Assembly (NCBI GenBank): GCA_021733835.1
Contig: JAIPKD010000004.1
Coordinates: 1,771-65,770 of the forward strand
Direction: 5' to 3'
From: Verrucomicrobiota bacterium
GTDB lineage: Bacteria; Verrucomicrobiota; Verrucomicrobiia; Limisphaerales; JAIPKD01
Length of the DNA stretch: 64,000 nucleotides
Shown: positions 55,146 to 64,000 of the stretch, piece by piece
How the letters are laid out: the number at the start of each line of letters is the position of its first letter
Numbering within the stretch: the first letter of the stretch is position 1
Notes under the pieces: model-generated
Database searches by the model: none
Seen by the model: the letters and a program-made list of their open reading frames with translations, nothing else
Told to the model about the DNA's origin: nothing
Made by a program: the position numbers and the translations under genes

Positions 55146-57482
55146 ATGAGTAAAAGCAACAAACGCAAACCCGTCGTATCCCGCACTAAGATAATCCTTT
55201 CAATCATCGCAGTGCTGCTGTTTACGGCCGGGCTTTCGGCGTTTCTCTTCTTAGGCGGCCAAAAATCAGATATCGCCAAACAAGTTAACGAAACCGCTCC
55301 CATACCGTCAAAGCCTCGAACCATGTCTCCAAGCGTACGCGCCGGCTTCGAAGAAATGGATCGCCGGATATTCAACGACTACGCAGGTTCGGAATCATGC
55401 GAAGATTGCCACGAACAGGAGTTCGAGCTATGGCTTAATTCGCATCATGCACTTGCGGAAAGAGAATTGAATCCTGAAACCGATCGTGCGGCCTTCGTTC
55501 CGACAAGGACATTCTCGCACGGCTCACAAACATCCACCGCGCTCAAGACAAACGGTCAGTACGCCGTTATCACACTCGGCCTGGACGGGAAACAGGTCTA
55601 CTACCCGGAAAGAACCATCGGCGTCTCGCCCCTTATCCAATACCTAATTAAAGCGCCCGGCAACCGGTATCAGGTCACCGAAATCGCATACCATCCCGGC
55701 AGCAACGAATGGTTCGACGTTTACGGCGAGGAAGACAGGCAACCCGGCGAATGGGGGCATTGGAGCGGCCGCGGCATGAACTGGAACTCGATGTGCGGCA
55801 CATGCCATAATACGAGGTTCAGAAAGAACTACGATTTCGCCTCCGACTCGTATGCAACCTCAAAAGCCGAGATGGGTGTAGGCTGTGAGGCATGTCACGG
55901 CCACGGCAAAGAGCACGTTCAGTGGCAAAACGCCCATACAAATTCCACACCGCAAGTCCAGGCCCAAGACCCCACGCTGAAGCGCATGAATAAAAAACAA
56001 TACCTGCATACCTGCGGCGCCTGCCATTCTCGTAGAATTGAACTTACCGGTGACTTCGAACCCGGCGATGACTACTGGGATCATTTTACACCAATGATCC
56101 CGGATGATACGGATACATACTATGCCGACGGACAGGTGCGGGACGAGGACTTCGAATTCGCCTCGTTCATCGGCAGCCGCATGTACTCGCTCGGCGTCAG
56201 GTGTAACGACTGCCATGATGTGCACTCCGGTAAACTCCGCCTCCAGGGTAATGCGCTATGTCTCAAATGCCACCAGACAACTATTAATCCGGCGGAGCAT
56301 GGAAAGCATCCCATGGACAAAGAAGGCAGCCAATGCGTGGATTGTCATATGCCTATTACTGTTTATATGGCGCGGCACCCGAGACGCGACCACGGCTTAA
56401 CGATCCCGGACCCGACGCTTACCCGTGATTTCGGAATCCCAAACGCCTGTACCCGATGCCATGAAGATGAATCAGTCCAGTGGTCGATCGATTATGTCGA
56501 AAAATGGTACGGCGATAAAATGCAAAGACATACTCAACAACGCGCGCGTTGGCTGGCGAATGCCAAGATTGGAAAAGAAGATGCAACCGGCTCGGTCATC
56601 CAAATGCTACACACCGAACGTATCCCGCTTTGGCGCGCGTCCGCTGCGGCAATGCTGAAACAATGGGCGTATAAAACGAACGTCATGCAGAACCTCTTCG
56701 AATCATTGAACGACCCTTCACCTATGGTGCGAAGCATGGCGGCGCGCTCACTCGAACCATGGGCTCAAGATAGCCGTATCTCCCAAAGACTCTCAGGCAT
56801 GCTCGACGATCCGTCACGTTCGGTACGGATCGAAACCACCTGGGCGCTCCGCAGAGGTCTGAACACAAACTCCGCAGCCGGATTTCAGCTCCTGAGTTAT
56901 CTCGAACAAAACTTGGATCAACCTACCGGCGCGCTCCAGACAGGCGTATTGTTCCTCGACCGCGGGCTTCCCAGGAAGGCGCTCGATTTCCTGAAAAAGG
57001 CGGTGGCTTGGGAACAAAACGCGCCTATGCTGCATCAGGCGCTGGCCGTAAACCTGAGTCAATTAGGACAAACCGACAAGGCAGTACAACACCTAAGTAA
57101 GGCGTGTGAACTGGAACCGGATAATCCGAACTTCCAATTCCAGCTCGGCATCGCACTCGCGGAGGTCGGCGAAATGAATCAGGCAATATCCACGCTGACG
57201 AAGGCCGTGAAAACCGATCCCAACTTCGCCCGCGCTTGGTACAACCTCGGCCTCGCGTATAACTCGATCAACCAACCGCAAATGGCCCTTGATTGTCTGA
57301 ATCGCGGTGAACAGATGAATCCCGAGTCCCCGGACATCCCTTATGCACGCGCCACCATTCTTCGCGATATGGGACGTTACAAGGATGCCCGGGAAGCCGC
57401 CAGGCGCGTCCTGGAAATCGCGCCCGGTCACCGTCAGGCAAACGCCCTATTACAAAATCTCAATCGAAACGAGTTCTTCTAA
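55146..57482 (+). CDS. membrane-anchored multiheme cytochrome c with HEAT/TPR repeats
   Basis: Eight CxxCH motifs, N-terminal TM helix, C-terminal TPRs. Confidence 0.88.
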   Translation: MSKSNKRKPVVSRTKIILSIIAVLLFTAGLSAFLFLGGQKSDIAKQVNETAPIPSKPRTMSPSVRAGFEEMDRRIFNDYAGSESCEDCHEQEFELWLNSHHALAERELNPETDRAAFVPTRTFSHGSQTSTALKTNGQYAVITLGLDGKQVYYPERTIGVSPLIQYLIKAPGNRYQVTEIAYHPGSNEWFDVYGEEDRQPGEWGHWSGRGMNWNSMCGTCHNTRFRKNYDFASDSYATSKAEMGVGCEACHGHGKEHVQWQNAHTNSTPQVQAQDPTLKRMNKKQYLHTCGACHSRRIELTGDFEPGDDYWDHFTPMIPDDTDTYYADGQVRDEDFEFASFIGSRMYSLGVRCNDCHDVHSGKLRLQGNALCLKCHQTTINPAEHGKHPMDKEGSQCVDCHMPITVYMARHPRRDHGLTIPDPTLTRDFGIPNACTRCHEDESVQWSIDYVEKWYGDKMQRHTQQRARWLANAKIGKEDATGSVIQMLHTERIPLWRASAAAMLKQWAYKTNVMQNLFESLNDPSPMVRSMAARSLEPWAQDSRISQRLSGMLDDPSRSVRIETTWALRRGLNTNSAAGFQLLSYLEQNLDQPTGALQTGVLFLDRGLPRKALDFLKKAVAWEQNAPMLHQALAVNLSQLGQTDKAVQHLSKACELEPDNPNFQFQLGIALAEVGEMNQAISTLTKAVKTDPNFARAWYNLGLAYNSINQPQMALDCLNRGEQMNPESPDIPYARATILRDMGRYKDAREAARRVLEIAPGHRQANALLQNLNRNEFF

Positions 57483-57529
57483 AAACACCGCCTCAGTCAT
57501 ATTGAATTAAGTAATTAAGCACTACCTCA

Positions 57530-58699
57530 TTACTCATTCGACTTGCCCCAATGCTTATCCGCGAAATCCATGTAACACCGCCAGTCGAATAAGGTCAGAT
57601 TGTGTGAACCGGATCGAATATGATAACCGATGTGACCGATTTGCACCGGAGTATCCGGCTCGGGCATGGTCTTCACACCAAGACCTTTCATACCGTAAAG
57701 CTCATAAACGGGCGAAGCCTCGACACAAGCCAGGAACTCACCCTTGGGATCAGCCCACGTGTCCTCGGTGGCACTGGCCACATACACGAGCCGCGGCGCC
57801 ATAAGCGCAATCAGCATATGTTGGTCGACGGGTAAGTTCTCCTCTTTACCATTGAATTCATTGTAATTCTCGCAGAACCAGTGCGGGAAATTCTTGTTAA
57901 TGTCCGCAACGCGCTCACCCTGCTTCCGTCGCGCCAATGCCGCGCCTGTACAACCGGAATCGTTGCTGATCACAAACGCAAACCGCTCGTCCCGGGCGCC
58001 GCACCACAGGGCGGTCTTACCGCCACGTGAATGCCCGATCACGGCGACGCGTTCATCATCGATGTCCGCATCCGTCTCGATGTAGTCCATTACGCGACTC
58101 GCGCCCCAGGCCCAAGCGGCAATGCTACCCCATGCGTCACCACTGCGCTCCGCTCCGGGCGGATCGAATATTCCATGCACGCCATCCTTGAATTCATCAT
58201 AATTGTCCGGGTCTACATCCGACACATGAAATGTGAGCGCCGCATACCCGCGTGACACGATCTCCTCGGCCGGCCAAAACGGCTCCTTGACCTGACGGGA
58301 CGGATCAATATTATCTCGACCTCTATGGCAAATCAGGAGAAACGCGGGAACCGGTTTGGGCGCCTTGTTCGGAATAAATCTGATTAATCCGATCCGCCCC
58401 TCGCCGCCGGGACCGGAAAAGCTGATGTCAACCAGCTTCCGCGTCGCTCGGCCGCCCATGAAATCAGATCGGGTCTCCGTCACTTCGAACCGCAAGTCGT
58501 CCGGGCGCCCGACCGGTGCACGGCCGTATACATGTTCCTTGAACAACTCCAGGATTTGCGGTCGCCGATCCTGCCGCCATTGCTCAGGTGATTTTATCAC
58601 TTTACTATCGGCGGTCTTCAGTACCTCCGGCAATGCCAAGCCCTCGGCGCAACGCGCGGAGACGGCAACTAAAACAATCAACAACGCTCTGATAAACAT
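57530..58699 (-). CDS. CE15 glucuronoyl esterase-like alpha/beta hydrolase
   Basis: AWAWGASR, GHSRGGK, SGCTG, LPVDQH, WADP.GE. Confidence 0.85.
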   Translation of the reverse strand: MFIRALLIVLVAVSARCAEGLALPEVLKTADSKVIKSPEQWRQDRRPQILELFKEHVYGRAPVGRPDDLRFEVTETRSDFMGGRATRKLVDISFSGPGGEGRIGLIRFIPNKAPKPVPAFLLICHRGRDNIDPSRQVKEPFWPAEEIVSRGYAALTFHVSDVDPDNYDEFKDGVHGIFDPPGAERSGDAWGSIAAWAWGASRVMDYIETDADIDDERVAVIGHSRGGKTALWCGARDERFAFVISNDSGCTGAALARRKQGERVADINKNFPHWFCENYNEFNGKEENLPVDQHMLIALMAPRLVYVASATEDTWADPKGEFLACVEASPVYELYGMKGLGVKTMPEPDTPVQIGHIGYHIRSGSHNLTLFDWRCYMDFADKHWGKSNE

Positions 58700-58820
58700 A
58701 TTCGTATTCCTTCCCAATAGGTTGATTCGACTTTGCACGTATTAAATACGTTTTAGATCATATTTCAATGGATTATTCGGCGCACGTATTTCCCTCCCTC
58801 GGGTATGATAGCTCGACTTC

Positions 58821-61328
58821 TCACACCTTCTTCAGTTCCAGCTTTTCTGCCACACGGTCGAGAAAAACGGATACAACACGCCCGAGATCGCGTTTGCTTT
58901 TATGAAATATCCACAGCAAGAAAACCAACACGGCGCCCGTTACACCGCCCCATACCACTGGATAAGTACCGAACTGGAGTAACAGTAAAGCGGTTACCAT
59001 CACGCCGGTTAATACAATCTTTGAAGCAAAAGACATAAACGGCTTGAGCCGGCATTTAATCATCATCCTCCCCCCTTCATAGACCTCCGCAACCGTGAGC
59101 AATCGGAGCCGACACCATCTGCTGCCGATTATTTCCACATCGTATCTATTCCAACCTTGATCGTTTCTAAACTCCCAGTTCTCTTGCTCGAGGCCTGAAA
59201 TAATCTCCGCAAGAAAGGCCAGCCGCCCGATACCCGCTTCATCCCAGTACCGTATCTGATCGAAGCGAACACGCTCTTTCTTAAGGCTTAAAGAAACCAG
59301 GTTCTCATGCTCCGCCAATGGCGTCCGCGGTGAAGCCAGTCTCCGTCGATACCTTGCCACGCCCCTGACAAGCGGCTGCAGGAGCCACATTAATCCTACT
59401 ATCGACTTCGACCAGAAACGCCGTTTGTCCTTCGGTATATCTGCATTATACGCGGACACGACACAAGCGCCGATGGAAGCGCCAAAACTCACTATCGCCA
59501 TAGGTGCGATAAAATTGAATACGAGCGAAATCAGCGCCAACGGCAGCGTCAAAAGAAAATGATACTCGAGCGTAGTAAACACCGACACAGACGGCATCCA
59601 ATTCGCGGAATAAATCGACTGGAACATCCCGGCGCCGAATCGGCCGTGGTAAATATGCCGGGAGCAAGCCGGGAAAACCGGTCTTGCGTGCGAGTAGATA
59701 CGACCACGCCATAAACCGCCGCCCATGAAATTGAACTTCTCCGGGTGCTTCTTCACAAGCAATGCCTCAGCCTGACCATATCCATATTGCTGTGTCAGAT
59801 ACCCTACTACGCCGGAACGCCTGTGATGCCATACGAGCGCAGCCGGACTGAATCCGATGTCCGCCCCGATCTTCCTCAGGCGCCAGCAAATATCGACATC
59901 ATCACCCGCCTTGGTAAACACAGGATCAAAGCCGCCGATGGCGGATAACACCGACTTCCTGAATGCCATATTACACCCGGGCACATGCTCGGCATATCGG
60001 TCGTCAAGCATGACATGCGCGGGGCCGCCTGGTGAGGCATTTACAACAGCCGCCATAACCGAATCATCGGCCGGCGGAAGGTTCGGCCCACCCATCGCAT
60101 GGAATTCATCATCCTCGAAACTCCGCGCCAAATAATAAAGCCAATCCTCATCCGCCCGGCAATCCGCGTCCATGAACGCCACTATTTCCCCCGACGCCAC
60201 CGCAATCCCTGAATCCCGCGCCACGGACAACCCCAAGTTCTCCGAATGCCGAATCAGCTTGAACTCCGGGAACTCTCCCGCGATCTCGACCGTCTTATCG
60301 GTAGACCCATCGTCCACGAGTATGACTTCGTACTTGGGATATCGAAGCTGGATCAACGACTCCAGGCACGGCCTCAGCGTAGCCGCGCCGTTGTAGCAAG
60401 CGATTATGACCGAAACCGCGGGCGCATGCGCCAACGGAAAATACGGCGCCTTCTCAAATTGCGTGCGCACCCTGAAGAACGCCGGTTTCCGATCACGCGA
60501 ACGCGTGGTTATCCCAAACTTCCAGTCGTCAACCTCACGCCCGCCCTTGTACCACTCGTCGGTAAAACTGAATACCACCACTCCCGCCGCACCCTTGCAG
60601 AATGCGTCCTCGATCTGCCACTCAAGGAAATGCGCCTGCTCTATCTCACCCTCGCGCAACGAGTCCATACCCAACTCACCCAATACAAGCGGCTTATTCC
60701 CCGCTATAATCTGTAATTTGGAAATATATCTCCTGTAATCCTCGCGCTCGTGCAGATAAACATTGAAGCAATGAAAATCAACTTGAGACGGCGAAAGATA
60801 TTCAGTCGGCGGAAAATTACCAAACGTGCAAAGTCGACGGGCATCGATCTTCTTAACGGCCGAAATCAGTTCATCAATGAACTCCGCCACTTTTCCAGGG
60901 CCGCTCCAGCGCACTATATCCGGCGGGATTTCGTTCACCACGCTAAGGGCGAATACCGACTCCACACCCAGACATGCCTCCGCAGCCTTTTTAACCGCGT
61001 CGATTGCAGCCGCCCGCCGCTCCGGGGAATCAAGGAAACATACATCCTTGTGCCACGGCACATCGATCAATAACATCACCCCCAATTCCTCCGCCATATC
61101 CATGAACCATCGCGGCGGCGTGTGGTAAACCCTCAGTAAATTAGCGCCCGCGCGCCGAACCTGCTGCAAGTCCTCGCGCGTCTCTTCCACCCCTTTAAAA
61201 CATTCACCTTCCGTGCCTGAAGCAAACGGCCCGTAAACCAAACCTTTCGGAAAGAATTTTTCGCGGCCTACGCGGAAAAACTTACCGTCTATACGCGGAT
61301 AATACTCTTCGTTGTCTAAACTCGACAT
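58821..61328 (-). CDS. GH2-like TIM barrel fused to GT2 glycosyltransferase
   Basis: GANLLRVYH, VVNEIP, LGELG; VDDGSTD, DADC, GCNMAFR, GDDVD; TM helices. Confidence 0.85.
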   Translation of the reverse strand: MSSLDNEEYYPRIDGKFFRVGREKFFPKGLVYGPFASGTEGECFKGVEETREDLQQVRRAGANLLRVYHTPPRWFMDMAEELGVMLLIDVPWHKDVCFLDSPERRAAAIDAVKKAAEACLGVESVFALSVVNEIPPDIVRWSGPGKVAEFIDELISAVKKIDARRLCTFGNFPPTEYLSPSQVDFHCFNVYLHEREDYRRYISKLQIIAGNKPLVLGELGMDSLREGEIEQAHFLEWQIEDAFCKGAAGVVVFSFTDEWYKGGREVDDWKFGITTRSRDRKPAFFRVRTQFEKAPYFPLAHAPAVSVIIACYNGAATLRPCLESLIQLRYPKYEVILVDDGSTDKTVEIAGEFPEFKLIRHSENLGLSVARDSGIAVASGEIVAFMDADCRADEDWLYYLARSFEDDEFHAMGGPNLPPADDSVMAAVVNASPGGPAHVMLDDRYAEHVPGCNMAFRKSVLSAIGGFDPVFTKAGDDVDICWRLRKIGADIGFSPAALVWHHRRSGVVGYLTQQYGYGQAEALLVKKHPEKFNFMGGGLWRGRIYSHARPVFPACSRHIYHGRFGAGMFQSIYSANWMPSVSVFTTLEYHFLLTLPLALISLVFNFIAPMAIVSFGASIGACVVSAYNADIPKDKRRFWSKSIVGLMWLLQPLVRGVARYRRRLASPRTPLAEHENLVSLSLKKERVRFDQIRYWDEAGIGRLAFLAEIISGLEQENWEFRNDQGWNRYDVEIIGSRWCRLRLLTVAEVYEGGRMMIKCRLKPFMSFASKIVLTGVMVTALLLLQFGTYPVVWGGVTGAVLVFLLWIFHKSKRDLGRVVSVFLDRVAEKLELKKV

Positions 61329-61665
61329 CTCTTTTTATCCAATCGACTCTCCCATTTTAATGCACAAACCCCTACAAAACCATAGTGTATTCGTCAGGCC
61401 GCTTTTTTAAGCTCCTAAAACCTCTCGCTCGTGGTATAAAACAATCATCAAGGCCATATCGGGAAAAACCGTATCTCAATTCAAAAAGACGCTTTACGCC
61501 GGAAATCATTCAATCTATTTATTCATGAGCAACCGAACGGATTTAAAACAATTAGTACTCCAATGCATTCGTGAACACACCTTCTTCGCGTCGTGGGATC
61601 GCGCCGAAAAACATGCATCTTCCACTCTTGACGCCGTGAATCGATATAGTAAAATATACTCGGAC

Positions 61666-61741
61666 GGTGGCCATAGCTCAATGGTAGAGTCCCAGATTGT
61701 GGTTCTGGTTGTTGCGGGTTCGAATCCCGTTGGTCACCCCA
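61666..61741 (+). tRNA. tRNA-His (GTG)
   Basis: Cloverleaf with G-1, acceptor GTGGCCA/TGGTCAC, anticodon arm CCAGA-TTGTGGT-TCTGG, GGTTCGAATCC and encoded CCA. Confidence 0.97.
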
Positions 61742-61909
61742 TTTTTTTTTCAAATCACTTCATACTTCACGCAAATAACGGTGATTCCCAAAGCGAATTC
61801 AGGAATTACTGCGGCTTTACGGCGACAGAAAGAATTGTCTGGGCTACTCAACGTTACTATTCACAAGTCCCGCGGATTACGTTATCCTATAAGAAAAGCA
61901 AATTTGCTT

Positions 61910-62191
61910 ATGAAAACTGCATACGAACTTGTAATGGAACGCCTGGCCAAAGACGCACCATCAAAGCCGCTGACCGATGCCCAGAAAGCGGAGCTCGCAA
62001 AATTGGACGAGGTCTATAAGTCCAAGCTGGCCGAACGCGAGGTCTTCCTGGAGTCCAAGATAGCCGGCGCAACGGCGTCCGGCGATTTCGAAACGATCGA
62101 GCAATTCAAGAAACAACTTGCAAGCGATAGGAAAACCATCCTCGACGAACTCGAAGAAAAAAAGGAAGCGATACGCCGCAGCAGCGATTAA
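61910..62191 (+). CDS. hypothetical coiled-coil protein
   Basis: MKTAYELVMERL...; helical, charged. Confidence 0.75.
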   Translation: MKTAYELVMERLAKDAPSKPLTDAQKAELAKLDEVYKSKLAEREVFLESKIAGATASGDFETIEQFKKQLASDRKTILDELEEKKEAIRRSSD

Positions 62192-62541
62192 CAATCAGGC
62201 GATACGCTCGTAAGGCCGCGATTCAGATAAAAAAGCTGATTTGAAATGACCAAAACCGTCAGAACGGCAATCGGCAGCATCCAGCACGCCCACGTGTGAT
62301 AGAGACCATAGACCAGGTTGTCGAAAGTGAATCCTTCCAACCGCGGGTCTTTTATCGGTTCCGCCAGGAGATGAAAGGGGCGAACAGTGCGGCCGTTCTG
62401 ATTGTCTGCCCGCCGTAGCCCTGGCGGAGGCGGGTGCTCACGAAGCGGATCGATTCCGAACAGGCTCACAAGCCACTGGTTGAGCAGTAGCTTATTCCTG
62501 AACTTGTGTTGCTTCGGGCCTTTGTATCGTCGTGCAGTCAT
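62188..62541 (-). pseudogene. truncated N-terminus of a probable type III restriction Res-like protein
   Basis: FRNKLLLNQWLVSLFGIDPL...RPFH.LAEPI.DPRLEG recalled as a Res N-terminus; followed by an unrelated tail. Confidence 0.5.
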
Positions 62542-63221
62542 CAGTCATCCTCCACAAGCGATTCCATGCGGTTCAACCAGCCGTTGAATACGGGGCATGC
62601 CGAGCGCATCTGCCCAATCCCGATCTCCCGCGCGATGGCGATGCCGTTGCTCGTCTTCTTGAATCGGCTGTATAGCTGTTCGATGCGCTTGGATGGAGCT
62701 GTATCAGGCGAATCGTCGATTGCCTCAGGTTCCCCGCATTCCTGAATGATCTCATCAATGCGTTGCCGGTCTACCTGGATGGCGGTCGCCAGGGTAGCGG
62801 GCTTACTGAAGAGCAACGCCTCAAACTCGTGAACCGCGATATGCGGCAAGAAGCGCACGTCTGACCGATAGTCCACGAGTTCAGCGTTAATGGCGCTCTG
62901 AGTTGCCGTGCAAATGGCCTTAGCGATGTCGCTTGGAGATGCACCCGGATAAACGGCATCGAGTCCCGGCCAATCGCTACCAATGCCGTAGTAATCGACA
63001 AGAAGCGACACGTATGCGTCGTTTCGCTGCTTCAGGTACCGAGCAATGTCATTCTTCGCGCGCACGAAGCGCACGTCTCCGCCCTTCTGTCCCGGCTTCG
63101 ATAGGATGATTGGCGTCATAAAGACGCTCTTCGCGCCCAGATAAGGGGCAAGGACATCTTGTATGAACCGCTGCTCCGTCGATCCTTCTACGATAACCGT
63201 AACCGCGATGGGCTTACTCAT
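62541..63221 (-). CDS. DUF4276 family (TOPRIM-like) protein
   Basis: VEGSTEQRF, DYYG, HEFEALLF, PEAID..TAPSKRI, CPVFNGWL. Confidence 0.85.
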   Translation of the reverse strand: MSKPIAVTVIVEGSTEQRFIQDVLAPYLGAKSVFMTPIILSKPGQKGGDVRFVRAKNDIARYLKQRNDAYVSLLVDYYGIGSDWPGLDAVYPGASPSDIAKAICTATQSAINAELVDYRSDVRFLPHIAVHEFEALLFSKPATLATAIQVDRQRIDEIIQECGEPEAIDDSPDTAPSKRIEQLYSRFKKTSNGIAIAREIGIGQMRSACPVFNGWLNRMESLVEDD

Positions 63222-63999
63222 GGCTCGTCCCTCCCGCGATCACGTTCTTAGTCCAGAGTTCGCCGACCGAGTAGTCTTGGAGCCAGACAGCAAACTCATC
63301 CTCCTGCATCCGATCAAACCTGGACTGCCCCTCTTGCCGATTGACAACAATCACATCCTCAATGGCAAACTGGTCGAGCAACAAAGGTGACTGTGTGGCA
63401 ATTATCAACTGCGTTTTTCTTGCGACACACGTAATCAATTCTCCAAGAATGCGTATTGCCTCCGGATGCATACCTAATTCGGGCTCATCGATAATCAGTG
63501 ATGCCGGTGGATTAGGTTGCAAAAGCGCGGTCGCCAGGCAAATGAACCGAATGCTCCCATCGGACAAGTGGTATGGTTGCATCGGGTAGTCTGATCCCTT
63601 GGTCTTCCACGATAGCGCTACCTTTGTTTTCGGGCCGAATCGTTGTGGCTTCAACAGGAAGTCATCCAGAAAGGGCGTGACCAGCTTGCATACGCTCACG
63701 ATTTCCTTATAGACATCCTCCTCTTCGTCGCGAAGGTGCGCAAGAAAGGGGGCAATGTTGGAGGCATCGGATCGCAGAACTTCGTTGTCTTCGACAATCT
63801 CCGCGTGCCGCATACCGGCCGTGGGACTCGTGTCATGAAAATGGTAGACGACCCAGGATCGAATGGCATCGTACACGGGCCGGCTATACCGACTGTCCTG
63901 AGAAGAGCCTTTGGCTTCTTCGACCAACAAGGAATGGCTGTTACCGCTACTTCCCAGTTCCCACCAACCTGTGGTGCCGGGGTCGTAGTACCTGGCCTC
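63214..63999 (-). CDS. AAA_21/ABC-type ATPase, C-terminal part (5' end off window)
   Basis: YHFHDT, LSDGSIRF, IIDEPELGMHP, ATQSP; frame is open to the window end. Confidence 0.88.
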   Translation of the reverse strand, partial: EARYYDPGTTGWWELGSSGNSHSLLVEEAKGSSQDSRYSRPVYDAIRSWVVYHFHDTSPTAGMRHAEIVEDNEVLRSDASNIAPFLAHLRDEEEDVYKEIVSVCKLVTPFLDDFLLKPQRFGPKTKVALSWKTKGSDYPMQPYHLSDGSIRFICLATALLQPNPPASLIIDEPELGMHPEAIRILGELITCVARKTQLIIATQSPLLLDQFAIEDVIVVNRQEGQSRFDRMQEDEFAVWLQDYSVGELWTKNVIAGGTSHE

Positions 64000-64000
64000 A

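Noticed and set aside
55146-61328. Octaheme-TPR protein and GH2-GT2 fusion as novel architectures
   Set aside because: I recall both as recurring architectures in PVC and other bacteria; nothing locally unusual.

Overview
Bacterial chromosomal DNA. Gene content and repeat style suggest the PVC superphylum, probably Verrucomicrobia (inference). The backbone is housekeeping genes: leuD, ilvN, purM, pnp, rpsO, metF, rpoN, sdhCAB, rnhB, eno, fabF-acpP-fabG-fabD and tRNA-His. Several accessory segments interrupt it. (1) An inverted-repeat-bounded, attC-carrying single gene cassette at about 15.3-16.1 kb. (2) An orphan type I hsdR with five in-frame palindromic micro-insertions. (3) A roughly 12 kb, visibly more AT-rich gas vesicle cluster (about 29.7-41.9 kb). 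It has a sigma54 promoter and candidate enhancer, a tandem ArsA/Get3 ATPase, a CDC48-like ATPase and a GvpC-HhH fusion. (4) Two in-frame ORFs separated by a single TGA followed by a SECIS-like hairpin (EYG-U-GGTC), a candidate 961-aa exported selenoprotein at 44731-47616 with a downstream thioredoxin-fold partner. (5) Defence-type genes beyond tRNA-His at the right edge. All calls come from reading motifs by eye; no searches were run.
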